64,000 nucleotides of DNA from positions 17,665 to 81,664 of the forward strand of contig CALXUE010000006.1 in the NCBI GenBank assembly GCA_944391615.1, in the 5' to 3' direction. The DNA is from an uncultured Alphaproteobacteria bacterium. Its GTDB lineage: Bacteria; Pseudomonadota; Alphaproteobacteria; RF32; CAG-239. This document shows positions 39,775 to 49,022 of this stretch, piece after piece. The notes under the pieces were generated by a model, which made no database searches, was not told where the DNA came from, and saw only the letters and a program-made list of their open reading frames with translations. Within the stretch, counting starts at the first letter, position 1. Each line of letters begins with the position of its first letter. Position numbers and translations under genes: made by a program.

Positions 39775-39802
39775 GAGATAAAGTAATTGAAAGGAAATTA
39801 TC

Positions 39803-40681
39803 ATGAGTAAGCGGAAGTTTATCTTGTTGGCTTCGTTGTCTGTATGCGCGTTTGTTGCGGAGACGGCGCAAGCCGATATTTCTTCTTCAATGAATTATAT
39901 ATTCAAAGATGTTACACTTTTCAACACACTTCACACACATTTATCTTTGAATGGAGCTTTATCTCCACAACAAGTTTCAAAAAATCAAAAATCTTTGGTT
40001 AAGGTAGCCCAAGTCTGCTGGATTATGGACACGGGAGATTGCGCCGGTTTGGACTTTGTGAGTTCGGATATTAATGGTTCGGGCAATAAACCACCGAGCG
40101 AATATGACAAGAAAGGCCCTGAAGATTGTATCAAAGAGGGTTACACCATCACCAACTGTCCGGATGGGCAAAAAGGTGACGGAGAATGTATGTATGCCAA
40201 TGGCTACTATGCCAAATGTATTCCCGACTGCCCGTCATCTTATACCACCTGCACGTCGCCTTATAAAGGGGTGGGGCAAGTTTGTGGGGATGGCTTGTAT
40301 GCGGAATGTTGTCAAGACACTTGTCCGGCAGATTACAAATACACCTTAGGTTCAATTCCTGACGGATATGAGGCGGTTGGAGAACCTTGTGTGCAATGCA
40401 ACGGTAATAACACCACGGCAGTCAAAAAATACAGAGTGAAAGAAAAAGACTGTTCCGGATTTTTGGATTGCGGGACTTTAGGCTGTGAAACAGGGGCAAC
40501 GACTTGTCAATCAGGAAGCGTGGTTAAGTGTTCAAAATGCAAACCTTGCCCGAATTTGGGCTCAGAAAGTGAATGTCCACCATGCACAGTCTGCAGCTTT
40601 GAGGAATGTTCAAACTTATACATCGTCAGCGGTTGCAAAACAAATTGTACCGATTATTGCAACTACTGCGCTTCTGAATAA
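39803..40681 (+). CDS. Cassette 3 gene A (divergent Cys-rich paralog)
   Basis: It has a signal peptide (AETAQA/D), the conserved KVAQVCWIMDTGDC block and the same Cys-repeat architecture, ending CNYCASE. Confidence 0.7.
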   Translation: MSKRKFILLASLSVCAFVAETAQADISSSMNYIFKDVTLFNTLHTHLSLNGALSPQQVSKNQKSLVKVAQVCWIMDTGDCAGLDFVSSDINGSGNKPPSEYDKKGPEDCIKEGYTITNCPDGQKGDGECMYANGYYAKCIPDCPSSYTTCTSPYKGVGQVCGDGLYAECCQDTCPADYKYTLGSIPDGYEAVGEPCVQCNGNNTTAVKKYRVKEKDCSGFLDCGTLGCETGATTCQSGSVVKCSKCKPCPNLGSESECPPCTVCSFEECSNLYIVSGCKTNCTDYCNYCASE

Positions 40682-40722
40682 GGGCAAGAGAGAAAAGTTT
40701 AATTATTATAACGGAGGAGAAA

Positions 40723-42003
40723 ATGAAAAAATTTTTATTATATTCAACCGCATTCGTAGTTTTGAGCGGGACGGCAAATGCAGCCTGTATCCAAACCCCG
40801 AGTTGTGCCAGTTTGGGATATGACAGTAACTCAGCCTGTGAAAATGGTCTAAAATGTCCGTGGGGCAATGCTTGGTATTGCAAAGTCGGAGAATTGGAGG
40901 AAGCAGTCAACAATGCCGAAAAAGCAAAAACTTGTATCCCCGGAGCCGTTTTTAACTCCGATCGTAGTTGTACCGAAAAACAAGAACTTGGCAAAATTCC
41001 GATTGGTGTTGTTGTCTATGCTGACGGCAAAGGCCACGGCCAAGCCATGGCTTTAGAAAAAATAGATATTGTAGCATTAAACAATTATTTAAAAACTGTT
41101 AAATACACAACTTTTTCTAAGTATCCAAATAAATATGCAGTAGAGTATCGTTACACTTATGCTAGACACTCAAGTGGAGATGAAGAATATGTAAAATGGC
41201 CTCAAGAAAAATGTATATCAACAGATGATATATATGTTAAAGGATTGAAAGAGTTTTCTAATTTAGAAGAAGCATCGCTTGAATTTGATAGTAAAAACAT
41301 TACAGCTCAAATACAACAATCACTAAACACAAATAATGCTAAGATTCAACAATATTTTAATACGGCGTCTGCATTAAATTCTATTGTGAATGAATCTAAA
41401 ATTATGGAGTGTAGTCGTTCTAATGTAGTAGGCTATCCATGTTATCTTTACGAGGTTAGTAATAAATCGGAATACTATTGGTATTCAGGTGATGCATCCA
41501 CATCTTTGCTTAAAACCATACAAAAAATAAAAGCTTATAAAACAACAGGAACCTCAGCTGGAGATTGGAATATGCCTGCCCCTGGAATATTTAATTCTAT
41601 AAAAGTAAATTTTGAAAAGATTAAAGAAACTTATGCCTTACTTAATAAAAATTTTAACTATAATCAAATGGTTACAATGGGAATGTATATCAAAAATGCA
41701 GGAGAAAAGACAAATAAAAAATGTACGTTTATGGATGCTAAATTTACGAGTAATGATGGTGATATAGATAAAAATTATCAAAGTTATCAATATGATTCAA
41801 GTTATTCAAGTCCATCAGACACGTACTCTCAGTATTACTATTATTATCTAATACCAACAACAGATTTCAATACTAAATTACCATCTGTTTCAGCGGAAAT
41901 AACATCATATCCAAAATACATAGCATTTTCAAATTCTGCAACGTATGGTACAGCAACCACATCATCAGGAGGAAAGCAAATCTATCCTGTAATTGACTTT
42001 TAG
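40723..42003 (+). CDS. Cassette 3 gene B (divergent, extended paralog with an N/Y/S-rich low-complexity C-terminal region)
   Basis: The N-module AACIQTPSCASLGYDSNSACENGLKCPWGNAWYC and the block PIGVVVY...GTSAGDWNMPAPGIFNSI align to the other B genes. The C-terminus is replaced by a Tyr/Asn/Ser-rich sequence. Confidence 0.65.
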   Translation: MKKFLLYSTAFVVLSGTANAACIQTPSCASLGYDSNSACENGLKCPWGNAWYCKVGELEEAVNNAEKAKTCIPGAVFNSDRSCTEKQELGKIPIGVVVYADGKGHGQAMALEKIDIVALNNYLKTVKYTTFSKYPNKYAVEYRYTYARHSSGDEEYVKWPQEKCISTDDIYVKGLKEFSNLEEASLEFDSKNITAQIQQSLNTNNAKIQQYFNTASALNSIVNESKIMECSRSNVVGYPCYLYEVSNKSEYYWYSGDASTSLLKTIQKIKAYKTTGTSAGDWNMPAPGIFNSIKVNFEKIKETYALLNKNFNYNQMVTMGMYIKNAGEKTNKKCTFMDAKFTSNDGDIDKNYQSYQYDSSYSSPSDTYSQYYYYYLIPTTDFNTKLPSVSAEITSYPKYIAFSNSATYGTATTSSGGKQIYPVIDF

Positions 42004-42014
42004 AAAAAACACAA

Positions 42015-42040
42015 AAGCCCGTTTCTAAAAAGAACGGGCT
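42015..42040. terminator. Hairpin terminator after cassette 3 gene B (convergent with the T4CP gene)
   Basis: AAAGCCCGTTTCT-aaaa-AGAACGGGCTTT. Confidence 0.6.
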
Positions 42041-42064
42041 TTATCTTATGACCAAAGGATAACT

Positions 42065-44272
42065 TTATTCTTCATCCTCATCGGCATCGTCGCCGTTATC
42101 TTCTTCAGGATTATAGTCAATACCGAGTTTGGCTAACATATCTTCATTAATATCTTCACGTTGCGCCACAATCCAATCCGGCACGCAAGGCGCAGGCGGT
42201 AAAGCGGCCAAAGCTTTCATTTTCTTATCCAAATACCAACGTGGAGAATCAGCCATAATCGGCCTGTCAATGGAACCTTGCATCAACACCACTTGCTTAA
42301 GCATAGGCAAGCTTAAAAGTTGCGTAGTCGAAATAACTGACGTTCCCTGCAATTGGTAAGACACATTTTTAGAAAATGGATTCGTACCTTTACCCAATCC
42401 CTCTGTTTTTGAAAAAGATGTTGTCTGCACCGTCTTGTTACCAATCATTTTAGAGAAACGTTGCGCAGTCACCTCGTTGTTTTGAGAAAGAATAACTTTA
42501 CAAGCCGTGGTAGAAATCACGGTTTCCAAATCATCCTTACCATACTTTCCGGAAATTTGCCCCAAGTCTTGCCCGATAAGCAAATACGACACTTTTTGAC
42601 CACGACCGACGGCCGGTCCGTCAATAATAGCGCGAAGCTTAGGCATTTGCGGAAACTCATCCAGCACAAACAAAGCAGGGAACGGCCCCATCACGCCATC
42701 AGACTTGTTGTGGAATTTTGGCGGATTCGCAATCAAATAAGATGACATCAATTCAATAAACGTTCCCGAAATAATGTTCAATGCGCGCGCATCAACCTGG
42801 TTAACGGACAAATAAACCGAAATCGGCTTCCACTCACCAGTCACAGGGTCTTTCATTCCGCGCAAATCCTTAAATTGCAAATCAGAAAAACTCGTGCGCG
42901 AAACCACAGCCGCGTTTTTGAAAATACCAATACCGGCCAAACCGGTAGACAACACGGAACCACGCTCTTTATCCGGCATGGCGCTGAGCTGGCTGAGTTC
43001 AACAATACACCGTTGTGAGTAACCAAACTTTCTGGCTTCGGTAATGGCTTCTTCCAACATATTGCGCATCGGGTCAGCCATAGCGGCCATCTGGTCGCCC
43101 TCATCCAAGCGGCGCTTAATTTCTTCCGATTGTTTGATTTGAGCTTCGGTAATCCATTCCAAAATCATGGCCAAGCAGGCTTCATGCCCAATCCATTTCT
43201 CCGGCAACAAAGCCCATGAGCCAATGGGCAAATAGTTATCAATGGTGAGTCTGCCGGCTCTCAGATCTTGAATAGCTCTGGCCGCCATTGGATCACGCAT
43301 CTCAAGATAATAGCTTTCCAACACACGCTTATCTTCATCATCCATTTTACCTTCATAAATACGCCCGATAAAATAGTCATTAGCGCGTGCTTTTTCACAT
43401 TTAAAAGACACAAAGTGAATAAATCCTGTCAAAGCGGCACGACCTGTTGTTGACCAGTGCGGGTCTGCTCCCCCCTTAGGCTCTTCCACCAAAATATTGC
43501 ACATAGAGTCAATATACATATCTCGGTCAGGTCCCGGAGCAGGCAATGCATTAGGCGAAAGCGGGTTCCAACTCGGATAATAAATACCTTCAGCCGGATT
43601 GTCTTCCGCACCCCAGTTAATCACAAATACAGGGCCGTCTTTGGCACGAGCTCCGGTTGTGGAATAGCACAACTCAGGCTTTGGGTCGTTTACGATAATA
43701 CTCAGGCCGTGTGAGTTAAAAATAGTCGGAATCACCACGCCGGCAGTTTTACCGGTACCCGGAGGCGCACAGCAAAGAGTTGCCAGAGTTTCTTTAAGCA
43801 TAAGCATTTTGCCGTTAAACTTTCCGACCACTTGACAAAAGCCGTCAAAACCAAGCAACGGCATTTTTTTAATATCTTTTTCAGTGGCCAATCTTGCCGC
43901 ACCATGAATATTAGATTGAAAACGATAAGGATTTGTCAAAAAACCAATCGTCAATCCCACCGGAAAGCTTATAAACGGCAACACCGGCACCCACAAACTG
44001 ACCGAAAAAGGTCCGTTATAATGAGTCAGTTGTTGAAACCAACTCCAATAACGAGAAGTCAAATAAGAAGGGTCGTTAAAAACAGCCTGCAAAAAGCGAT
44101 AAGCAACATCCATGCTTGTTTTGGAAATTCCGGCCCCGATAAGATAACCGATAGGCAGCGAAAAAACAGCCAAAAAAATCGTCAACACCAAAGTGACAAT
44201 AGCGGAAATAACCATCCACTGCACCGCATTGTCATATTCTTCCCATTCTTCACCGCGTTCTTCAGACATCAA
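42065..44272 (-). CDS. Type IV secretion coupling protein (VirD4/TraG/DotL family ATPase)
   Basis: It has N-terminal transmembrane helices and the T4CP signature HGAARLATEKDI (GSARWA-like). Walker A is CCAPPGTGKTAGVVIPT and Walker B/DEF is LFVLDEFPQMPKL...IGQDLGQI. The C-terminal tail is acidic (DNGDDADEDEE). Confidence 0.8.
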   Translation of the reverse strand: MMSEERGEEWEEYDNAVQWMVISAIVTLVLTIFLAVFSLPIGYLIGAGISKTSMDVAYRFLQAVFNDPSYLTSRYWSWFQQLTHYNGPFSVSLWVPVLPFISFPVGLTIGFLTNPYRFQSNIHGAARLATEKDIKKMPLLGFDGFCQVVGKFNGKMLMLKETLATLCCAPPGTGKTAGVVIPTIFNSHGLSIIVNDPKPELCYSTTGARAKDGPVFVINWGAEDNPAEGIYYPSWNPLSPNALPAPGPDRDMYIDSMCNILVEEPKGGADPHWSTTGRAALTGFIHFVSFKCEKARANDYFIGRIYEGKMDDEDKRVLESYYLEMRDPMAARAIQDLRAGRLTIDNYLPIGSWALLPEKWIGHEACLAMILEWITEAQIKQSEEIKRRLDEGDQMAAMADPMRNMLEEAITEARKFGYSQRCIVELSQLSAMPDKERGSVLSTGLAGIGIFKNAAVVSRTSFSDLQFKDLRGMKDPVTGEWKPISVYLSVNQVDARALNIISGTFIELMSSYLIANPPKFHNKSDGVMGPFPALFVLDEFPQMPKLRAIIDGPAVGRGQKVSYLLIGQDLGQISGKYGKDDLETVISTTACKVILSQNNEVTAQRFSKMIGNKTVQTTSFSKTEGLGKGTNPFSKNVSYQLQGTSVISTTQLLSLPMLKQVVLMQGSIDRPIMADSPRWYLDKKMKALAALPPAPCVPDWIVAQREDINEDMLAKLGIDYNPEEDNGDDADEDEE

Positions 44273-44290
44273 TCAATCCTTTAAGCACTT

Positions 44291-45655
44291 TTAAGCAAGG
44301 TTACGTACAATTTTTTTAATTTTTTCAAAGTCCTCTCTGCCGATAGGTTCCACAGCATCCGGCAAAGTTTTAGCAAAGAGTTTAATTTCTTTAGGCGTGC
44401 CTCTATCAATACGTGTCACATTCACCTTCAAATCGTTCCACACATCAAACATATCTTCAGCATTAATGATATTACCGATAGAAACCACCACAAAGGCCCC
44501 AACATTAAACCTCATACCTTGTTCATCAAGGGTTTCTGAAAGAACCCTGCGAGCAATATCAACTTTTCGCACCGGAGAAATTCTGTGGCTGCTTTCCGAA
44601 AACCACAAAGGCTCTTCATCATTAAATCTTTCTTCATCAGCCAACCAGTCACCTGGCTCTTTGTCAATCAAGCACAAAACAAGTTGATTTTTAGCCACAC
44701 AAACAAAGTCAATCAAATTTCCCTTAAACATAACGCCGTTAATCGTTTCAAAACCGTGTTGTCTAATAATATCAAACACAGAACTTCCACTGCCTTTCAT
44801 AGCGGCTGACTGAGTACTTTTGGATGTTGCCGGCAAATTCTGATTATCACGGTTTTTATTGTTGCGAGGTCTGTTTTCTCTAGACTCTCGAGGAGAAATA
44901 TCGCGATTATTATCTTTTTTCTGGGGTAAATTTTTCTTAAAATTATTATCAGTCTTTCTCTCAACCGGAGCTTGAGGTTTTGTTTCTTCTTCAGACTTTG
45001 AAAAATCAAAGTCATCAATATTAAAGTCAAAATCATCATCTTTGCTGTCCATGTCAAACAAAGAATGACTAAATTGCTTTGTTTCCTGAGGCTTGTTTTC
45101 AACAACGGGAATACTTTTTTGTGCGGGTATAATGCTGGGCGTAACACTAGGTGTAACTGTTGCGGAAGAAGCAAGAGTTGAGCGATTCTTGGTTGCAATC
45201 AAGCTGGTCGCATTTTCAGGCTCGGGGCGTTCGTCAAGGGGTAAGCGCAAACTTCTGGGACGCACTTCTTTATAAGATTTTTTCTTTTTAATATTTTTCA
45301 TACCGGCAGAAGTCGTAATGATTTTAACCGGCCTAAAGAAAAATTGCTTAAATATCTTCCACGGATAGGAAGCCGCTTTTACAAACAATTTTTCCCATTT
45401 AACCATGCTAAGTGCAGCCCAACCGCACAACCATAAAGGAATAAAGGTTAAGATAATCAACACAAAGGCCCATTCTTTAGGTGTATTAATAACCCAACCG
45501 GAAAGCCACAAATTCCAAGCATGACTCCAGTGTGAGGATTGAAACATGTCAAAATGCCAGTTTCTGAGCATAATAACACGAACCCCTTCAATGAAGAATA
45601 AACTCCAGAAGAGGCCGACGCATAAAATTCGTGTTAAAATGACCAACGGTTTCAA
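44291..45655 (-). CDS. Hypothetical membrane protein upstream of the T4CP gene (Trp-rich N-terminal membrane module paralogous to 45716-46201)
   Basis: The N-terminal hydrophobic helices carry the IPLWLCGW motif, followed by a basic low-complexity linker and a C-terminal globular domain. It lies 18 bp upstream of the T4CP gene. Confidence 0.45.
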   Translation of the reverse strand: MKPLVILTRILCVGLFWSLFFIEGVRVIMLRNWHFDMFQSSHWSHAWNLWLSGWVINTPKEWAFVLIILTFIPLWLCGWAALSMVKWEKLFVKAASYPWKIFKQFFFRPVKIITTSAGMKNIKKKKSYKEVRPRSLRLPLDERPEPENATSLIATKNRSTLASSATVTPSVTPSIIPAQKSIPVVENKPQETKQFSHSLFDMDSKDDDFDFNIDDFDFSKSEEETKPQAPVERKTDNNFKKNLPQKKDNNRDISPRESRENRPRNNKNRDNQNLPATSKSTQSAAMKGSGSSVFDIIRQHGFETINGVMFKGNLIDFVCVAKNQLVLCLIDKEPGDWLADEERFNDEEPLWFSESSHRISPVRKVDIARRVLSETLDEQGMRFNVGAFVVVSIGNIINAEDMFDVWNDLKVNVTRIDRGTPKEIKLFAKTLPDAVEPIGREDFEKIKKIVRNLA

Positions 45656-45715
45656 AGCATCAAACCCTTAATTAAAATATGACATGTAAGATAGCACAAC
45701 AAAGTTAATAATAGA

Positions 45716-46201
45716 TTATTTTTTTGCATCAGAAATTTTCTGATTAACGGCATCGCGAATTTGTGCCGTAAGTTTGGAATTATCCAAATCTTTTTCAATT
45801 TTTTTCAGTTCATCTTTAATTTCATCTTCTGCAGATTCTGTTTTAACTGAAGTTCCCAAATTTTTCAAGACAATTCTCGCAGTATTTTGTTCATATTCGG
45901 CAATTTTTTGGGCCGAATACCAATCAAAAGGTTTGGCCAAAAGTGCCATAATTTTAATTTTGAGAGCTTTTCTCCATCCCCAAATCCAAATTGGCAAAAT
46001 TGCAATAAGGATAAGAACAAAAACATAATCGGCAAACGAGCGAATAACGCCGCCTTCATTCCAAAAGGTGCTCAAGAGTTGCCAGTCTTGAAGCCGAAAC
46101 AAGCTAAAATTCCAAATTCCTTGTAAAATAAAATCAAACACGGAAAATAACAAAACCGACCACACAACGCCGACAAAACAAAATTTAATAAATTTTTTCA
46201 T
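45716..46201 (-). CDS. Hypothetical small membrane protein (paralogous N-module; LPIWIWGW)
   Basis: The start is at MKKFIKF. It has the same W...W..G.VI...FVLI..I.P.W..GW pattern as 44291-45655 and a charged coiled-coil C-terminus. Confidence 0.45.
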   Translation of the reverse strand: MKKFIKFCFVGVVWSVLLFSVFDFILQGIWNFSLFRLQDWQLLSTFWNEGGVIRSFADYVFVLILIAILPIWIWGWRKALKIKIMALLAKPFDWYSAQKIAEYEQNTARIVLKNLGTSVKTESAEDEIKDELKKIEKDLDNSKLTAQIRDAVNQKISDAKK

Positions 46202-46226
46202 GAGCGCTCCCAACAGCAACAAAAAA

Positions 46227-47672
46227 TTATCTGCCGCCTTCATTCAGTCTGTTAAAGTTGTTTTGGGCAACAACCGACTGACGATGAGTCTGATGCTTTT
46301 GTACATAATCGTTAGATAAGCGTGATTTTAATTTGTTAAGTTTGACTCGTCTAACGTTATTTTGCGCACGCGCATTGTCATTTGCAAGTTGCTCCTGCAT
46401 ATAAACATCAAAGGCCTTTGTATTGGCTTTTTCTTGCTGAAGATCATTAAGCAAAGCCTCGTGCATGGATTGTTTGGATCTTGCGCTCATATCGGTTCCG
46501 TCGCGAATTTGCAACAGATTTTGAACATATTTGTTTTCTTTATATTGGCCTTTTGACTTGCGTCCCAGCCATTTCTTTTTGCTATAGCCGACAAAGTTTC
46601 CTTTAACAACATTTTTGCGCATAACATCCAAACCTTTGTCAACATTATCTTTGAGCATAGCACTGGTATTGTAGGCGCTTTTGCCGCTTTTAACCGCATT
46701 TTCAATACTGCGCGCAAACAGAAGATAACCCTCATTTTTAAACTTAGCCATGGCTTTGTCCATGTCTTTAATCTCAGTATCATCAGGATTGCGCATTTTT
46801 GCATCCATAAACATAAGCTGAGCATAGTTATTGGCAAACTGCGCTGCGGCCACACGATAAGAATTATAGGCTTCTTGGCATTTTGCAATATTGTTTGTAT
46901 CTAAAAATTGATTAAGCTTTTTGGGGTCAGCGTTTTGAAGACGAGCTTTTTGTTGAGGCGTTAATCCCTCATAATTTCCTTCACGAATTTTTTGTGCTTG
47001 CTCAATAAGACTTTTATCGTTGTCATACAGAGCTTCTTTAGCGTTAATATCTTCAACAGCCTTCTTTTCGGCATCGTTCATTTTTTTATAAGTGTCATAA
47101 GACTGCAAAGCTTTTTCTGCTGGTTTTTGAGCATCTTGCAAATGTTGCTTGTATTTTTTATCATAATATCCGGACTTAGTCTTTTTGCAACACCATTTCC
47201 AAATTCCGTTTAAGCCGGCGATAAGCCAGTCATTGTACATATAGTCAATAATGTCGCCGGCCTTGAAGATATTATCTTCTTTATCATCATAGTCTGCTCC
47301 GCCGATTTCATCTGGCTTACGTGTGATTGAACCTGTCTTCTTCTCTTCGGGAGTATTTTGTTCTTCGGGAACTTTGACCTGCTCGTTAACGGTTGTTTCT
47401 TTATTTTTTTCGTTAACGGTTGTTTCCTTAACAGCCTCGTTAACGGTTGTTTCCTTAACAGCCTCATTAACGGTTGTCTCTTTAACTTCTTCATTGACTT
47501 CAAGGGTTTCGTCATCGTTTTCATTTACATTGACAGTATCTTGATTTTGAGTTTCTTGAGGATTAGCGTCATTAACTTCCAGTGTGTCCTGATTCGCGTT
47601 ATCTTGCGTCTCATTTTCGCTTACTTCAAAGGTATCATTATCTTTTTTCTCGTCGACCATATGTTTCACCAT
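46227..47672 (-). CDS. Hypothetical protein with an acidic N-terminal repeat region ((V/A)KETTVNE x4) and a Lys-rich helical C-terminus
   Basis: The ORF holds 27-bp tandem DNA repeats at about 47385-47480, an N-terminus rich in E/N/T/D and a K/Q/N-rich C-terminus. No recognised family. Confidence 0.45.
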   Translation of the reverse strand: MVKHMVDEKKDNDTFEVSENETQDNANQDTLEVNDANPQETQNQDTVNVNENDDETLEVNEEVKETTVNEAVKETTVNEAVKETTVNEKNKETTVNEQVKVPEEQNTPEEKKTGSITRKPDEIGGADYDDKEDNIFKAGDIIDYMYNDWLIAGLNGIWKWCCKKTKSGYYDKKYKQHLQDAQKPAEKALQSYDTYKKMNDAEKKAVEDINAKEALYDNDKSLIEQAQKIREGNYEGLTPQQKARLQNADPKKLNQFLDTNNIAKCQEAYNSYRVAAAQFANNYAQLMFMDAKMRNPDDTEIKDMDKAMAKFKNEGYLLFARSIENAVKSGKSAYNTSAMLKDNVDKGLDVMRKNVVKGNFVGYSKKKWLGRKSKGQYKENKYVQNLLQIRDGTDMSARSKQSMHEALLNDLQQEKANTKAFDVYMQEQLANDNARAQNNVRRVKLNKLKSRLSNDYVQKHQTHRQSVVAQNNFNRLNEGGR

Positions 47673-47745
47673 ACATTCATTTGTTTAATCTAACTTGATA
47701 GTAACACAAAAAACAAATTTTGTCCATTATTTTTGTTGAATACAA

Positions 47746-48657
47746 TTAAGCTTTTAGCTTTTTCAAAAAAGCCCCGATAATACGGTTCATCCGAATACCG
47801 TCTTGAGGTTTAACCTTAATAAGCCCAAAGAAACGCGGCTTTATTTTATCCACTTGAATAGGGGCAAAAACAGCCGGATTGTTTGTCAAAACCTTATAAG
47901 CCCCGTCAGCATCCTTGCGAGCGGTTTTAAAATAGTTTTTCACCAGCCTGTCAGCATCAATCGGAAATTTCTTTTTATTGATAGCCTCGATATATTTGTT
48001 CATCAAATTAATACGGCGCTGATGCTGCAAATATATTTCGCGTTCCAAGCGCTTTTTTTCCCGCTTAAGCTTTCGTTCCTTATAAGCAATTTCGCGGCCT
48101 TCCATTTCAATCAACGATTCAACGTAGGAGATAATGGCAAATTGCAAAGTATCATCTTGAAGTTTTTCTGCAAAATCCAGAAGCTGCTCATCAGTAGATT
48201 GCAAAGAAATTTGCCCCACAATATCAGGATAAGCCTTAATCAAAATGTCCCAACCTTTTTCAAAATCTTCGGCAATAATTTTGCCTCTGCTGGGTTTATA
48301 ATGAGGCGTCAAATCCATCGGCTGTAATCTAAACTTACGAAAAGACAAATTCTTGTCCTTTGCAATCATGTTAAGAGCATCTTCAAAATTTCGATAAGCT
48401 TTGAACAGAGCTTTTTCAGACTTGTCAAGAGCATCTAATTCAGGGTCCTCTTCCTCAATGTCGCTGTTGTCTTGCGTAAAATTTGCGACCTGTATGTTTT
48501 CTTGAGGCACCTCGACATCGTGAACAACATCGGTCTTTTTTTGAGAAGAGAGCGTATCATCAATATCAACATCTTCCAGTTGGTTATTGATAAAGTCATT
48601 CAAGAGCTTTTCAAACTCACTGTCATCATTTTCAGCCATGAAGCAATTATCTCCCAA
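47746..48657 (-). CDS. Hypothetical acidic protein
   Basis: The N-terminus is very acidic (ENDDSEFEKLLNDF..DVDIDD) and no domain is recognised. It lies in the same minus-strand gene string. Confidence 0.4.
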   Translation of the reverse strand: MGDNCFMAENDDSEFEKLLNDFINNQLEDVDIDDTLSSQKKTDVVHDVEVPQENIQVANFTQDNSDIEEEDPELDALDKSEKALFKAYRNFEDALNMIAKDKNLSFRKFRLQPMDLTPHYKPSRGKIIAEDFEKGWDILIKAYPDIVGQISLQSTDEQLLDFAEKLQDDTLQFAIISYVESLIEMEGREIAYKERKLKREKKRLEREIYLQHQRRINLMNKYIEAINKKKFPIDADRLVKNYFKTARKDADGAYKVLTNNPAVFAPIQVDKIKPRFFGLIKVKPQDGIRMNRIIGAFLKKLKA

Positions 48658-48660
48658 AAA

Positions 48661-48954
48661 TTATTCAAGAACGATGCGCAAAACTTTTTGCTGAGTTTTG
48701 GGGTCAAAAACCACGATTCTATCAGCTCTGCCCCCGTCCTTCACCAGAAAATAAATATACCCGTTATGTTCTAACATAGAGTTAATAGAACTTCCGAAAG
48801 GCTCTTTAAGATGAACAGTCTGCATGTTTTGAGGAGAATTGGCAGAATTATTTTTGAGTTTCTGATAAATGATGGTAGCGGCACTCAAAATACCAAAAAC
48901 CAACAAAAAAGAAAGAAAAGCCACCAAAATTTTCAAAAGCTTAAGTTTATCCAT
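48661..48954 (-). CDS. Hypothetical small signal-anchored protein
   Basis: The probable start is at MDKLKLLKILVAF (Met39 of the tracked ORF), which avoids overlap with the rluD start. It has a single N-terminal transmembrane segment and is the first gene of the minus-strand string. Confidence 0.35.
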   Translation of the reverse strand: MDKLKLLKILVAFLSFLLVFGILSAATIIYQKLKNNSANSPQNMQTVHLKEPFGSSINSMLEHNGYIYFLVKDGGRADRIVVFDPKTQQKVLRIVLE

Positions 48955-49022
48955 AATGATTTTCCTTGCAAAAATTAAAGCATAGAGTATTTTTATCATA
49001 AATGCAAAAATAGGATTTGTAA

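Noticed and set aside
44291-45655. Calling the 454-aa protein DotM/IcmP
   Set aside because: Only its topology and its position upstream of a coupling protein fit. No sequence motif that I can verify from memory supports a specific DotM assignment, so it is left as a hypothetical T4CP-associated membrane protein.
47380-47485. CRISPR-like periodic repeats
   Set aside because: The 27-bp units are contiguous with no spacers and lie inside an intact coding frame. This is a coding VNTR, not a CRISPR array.
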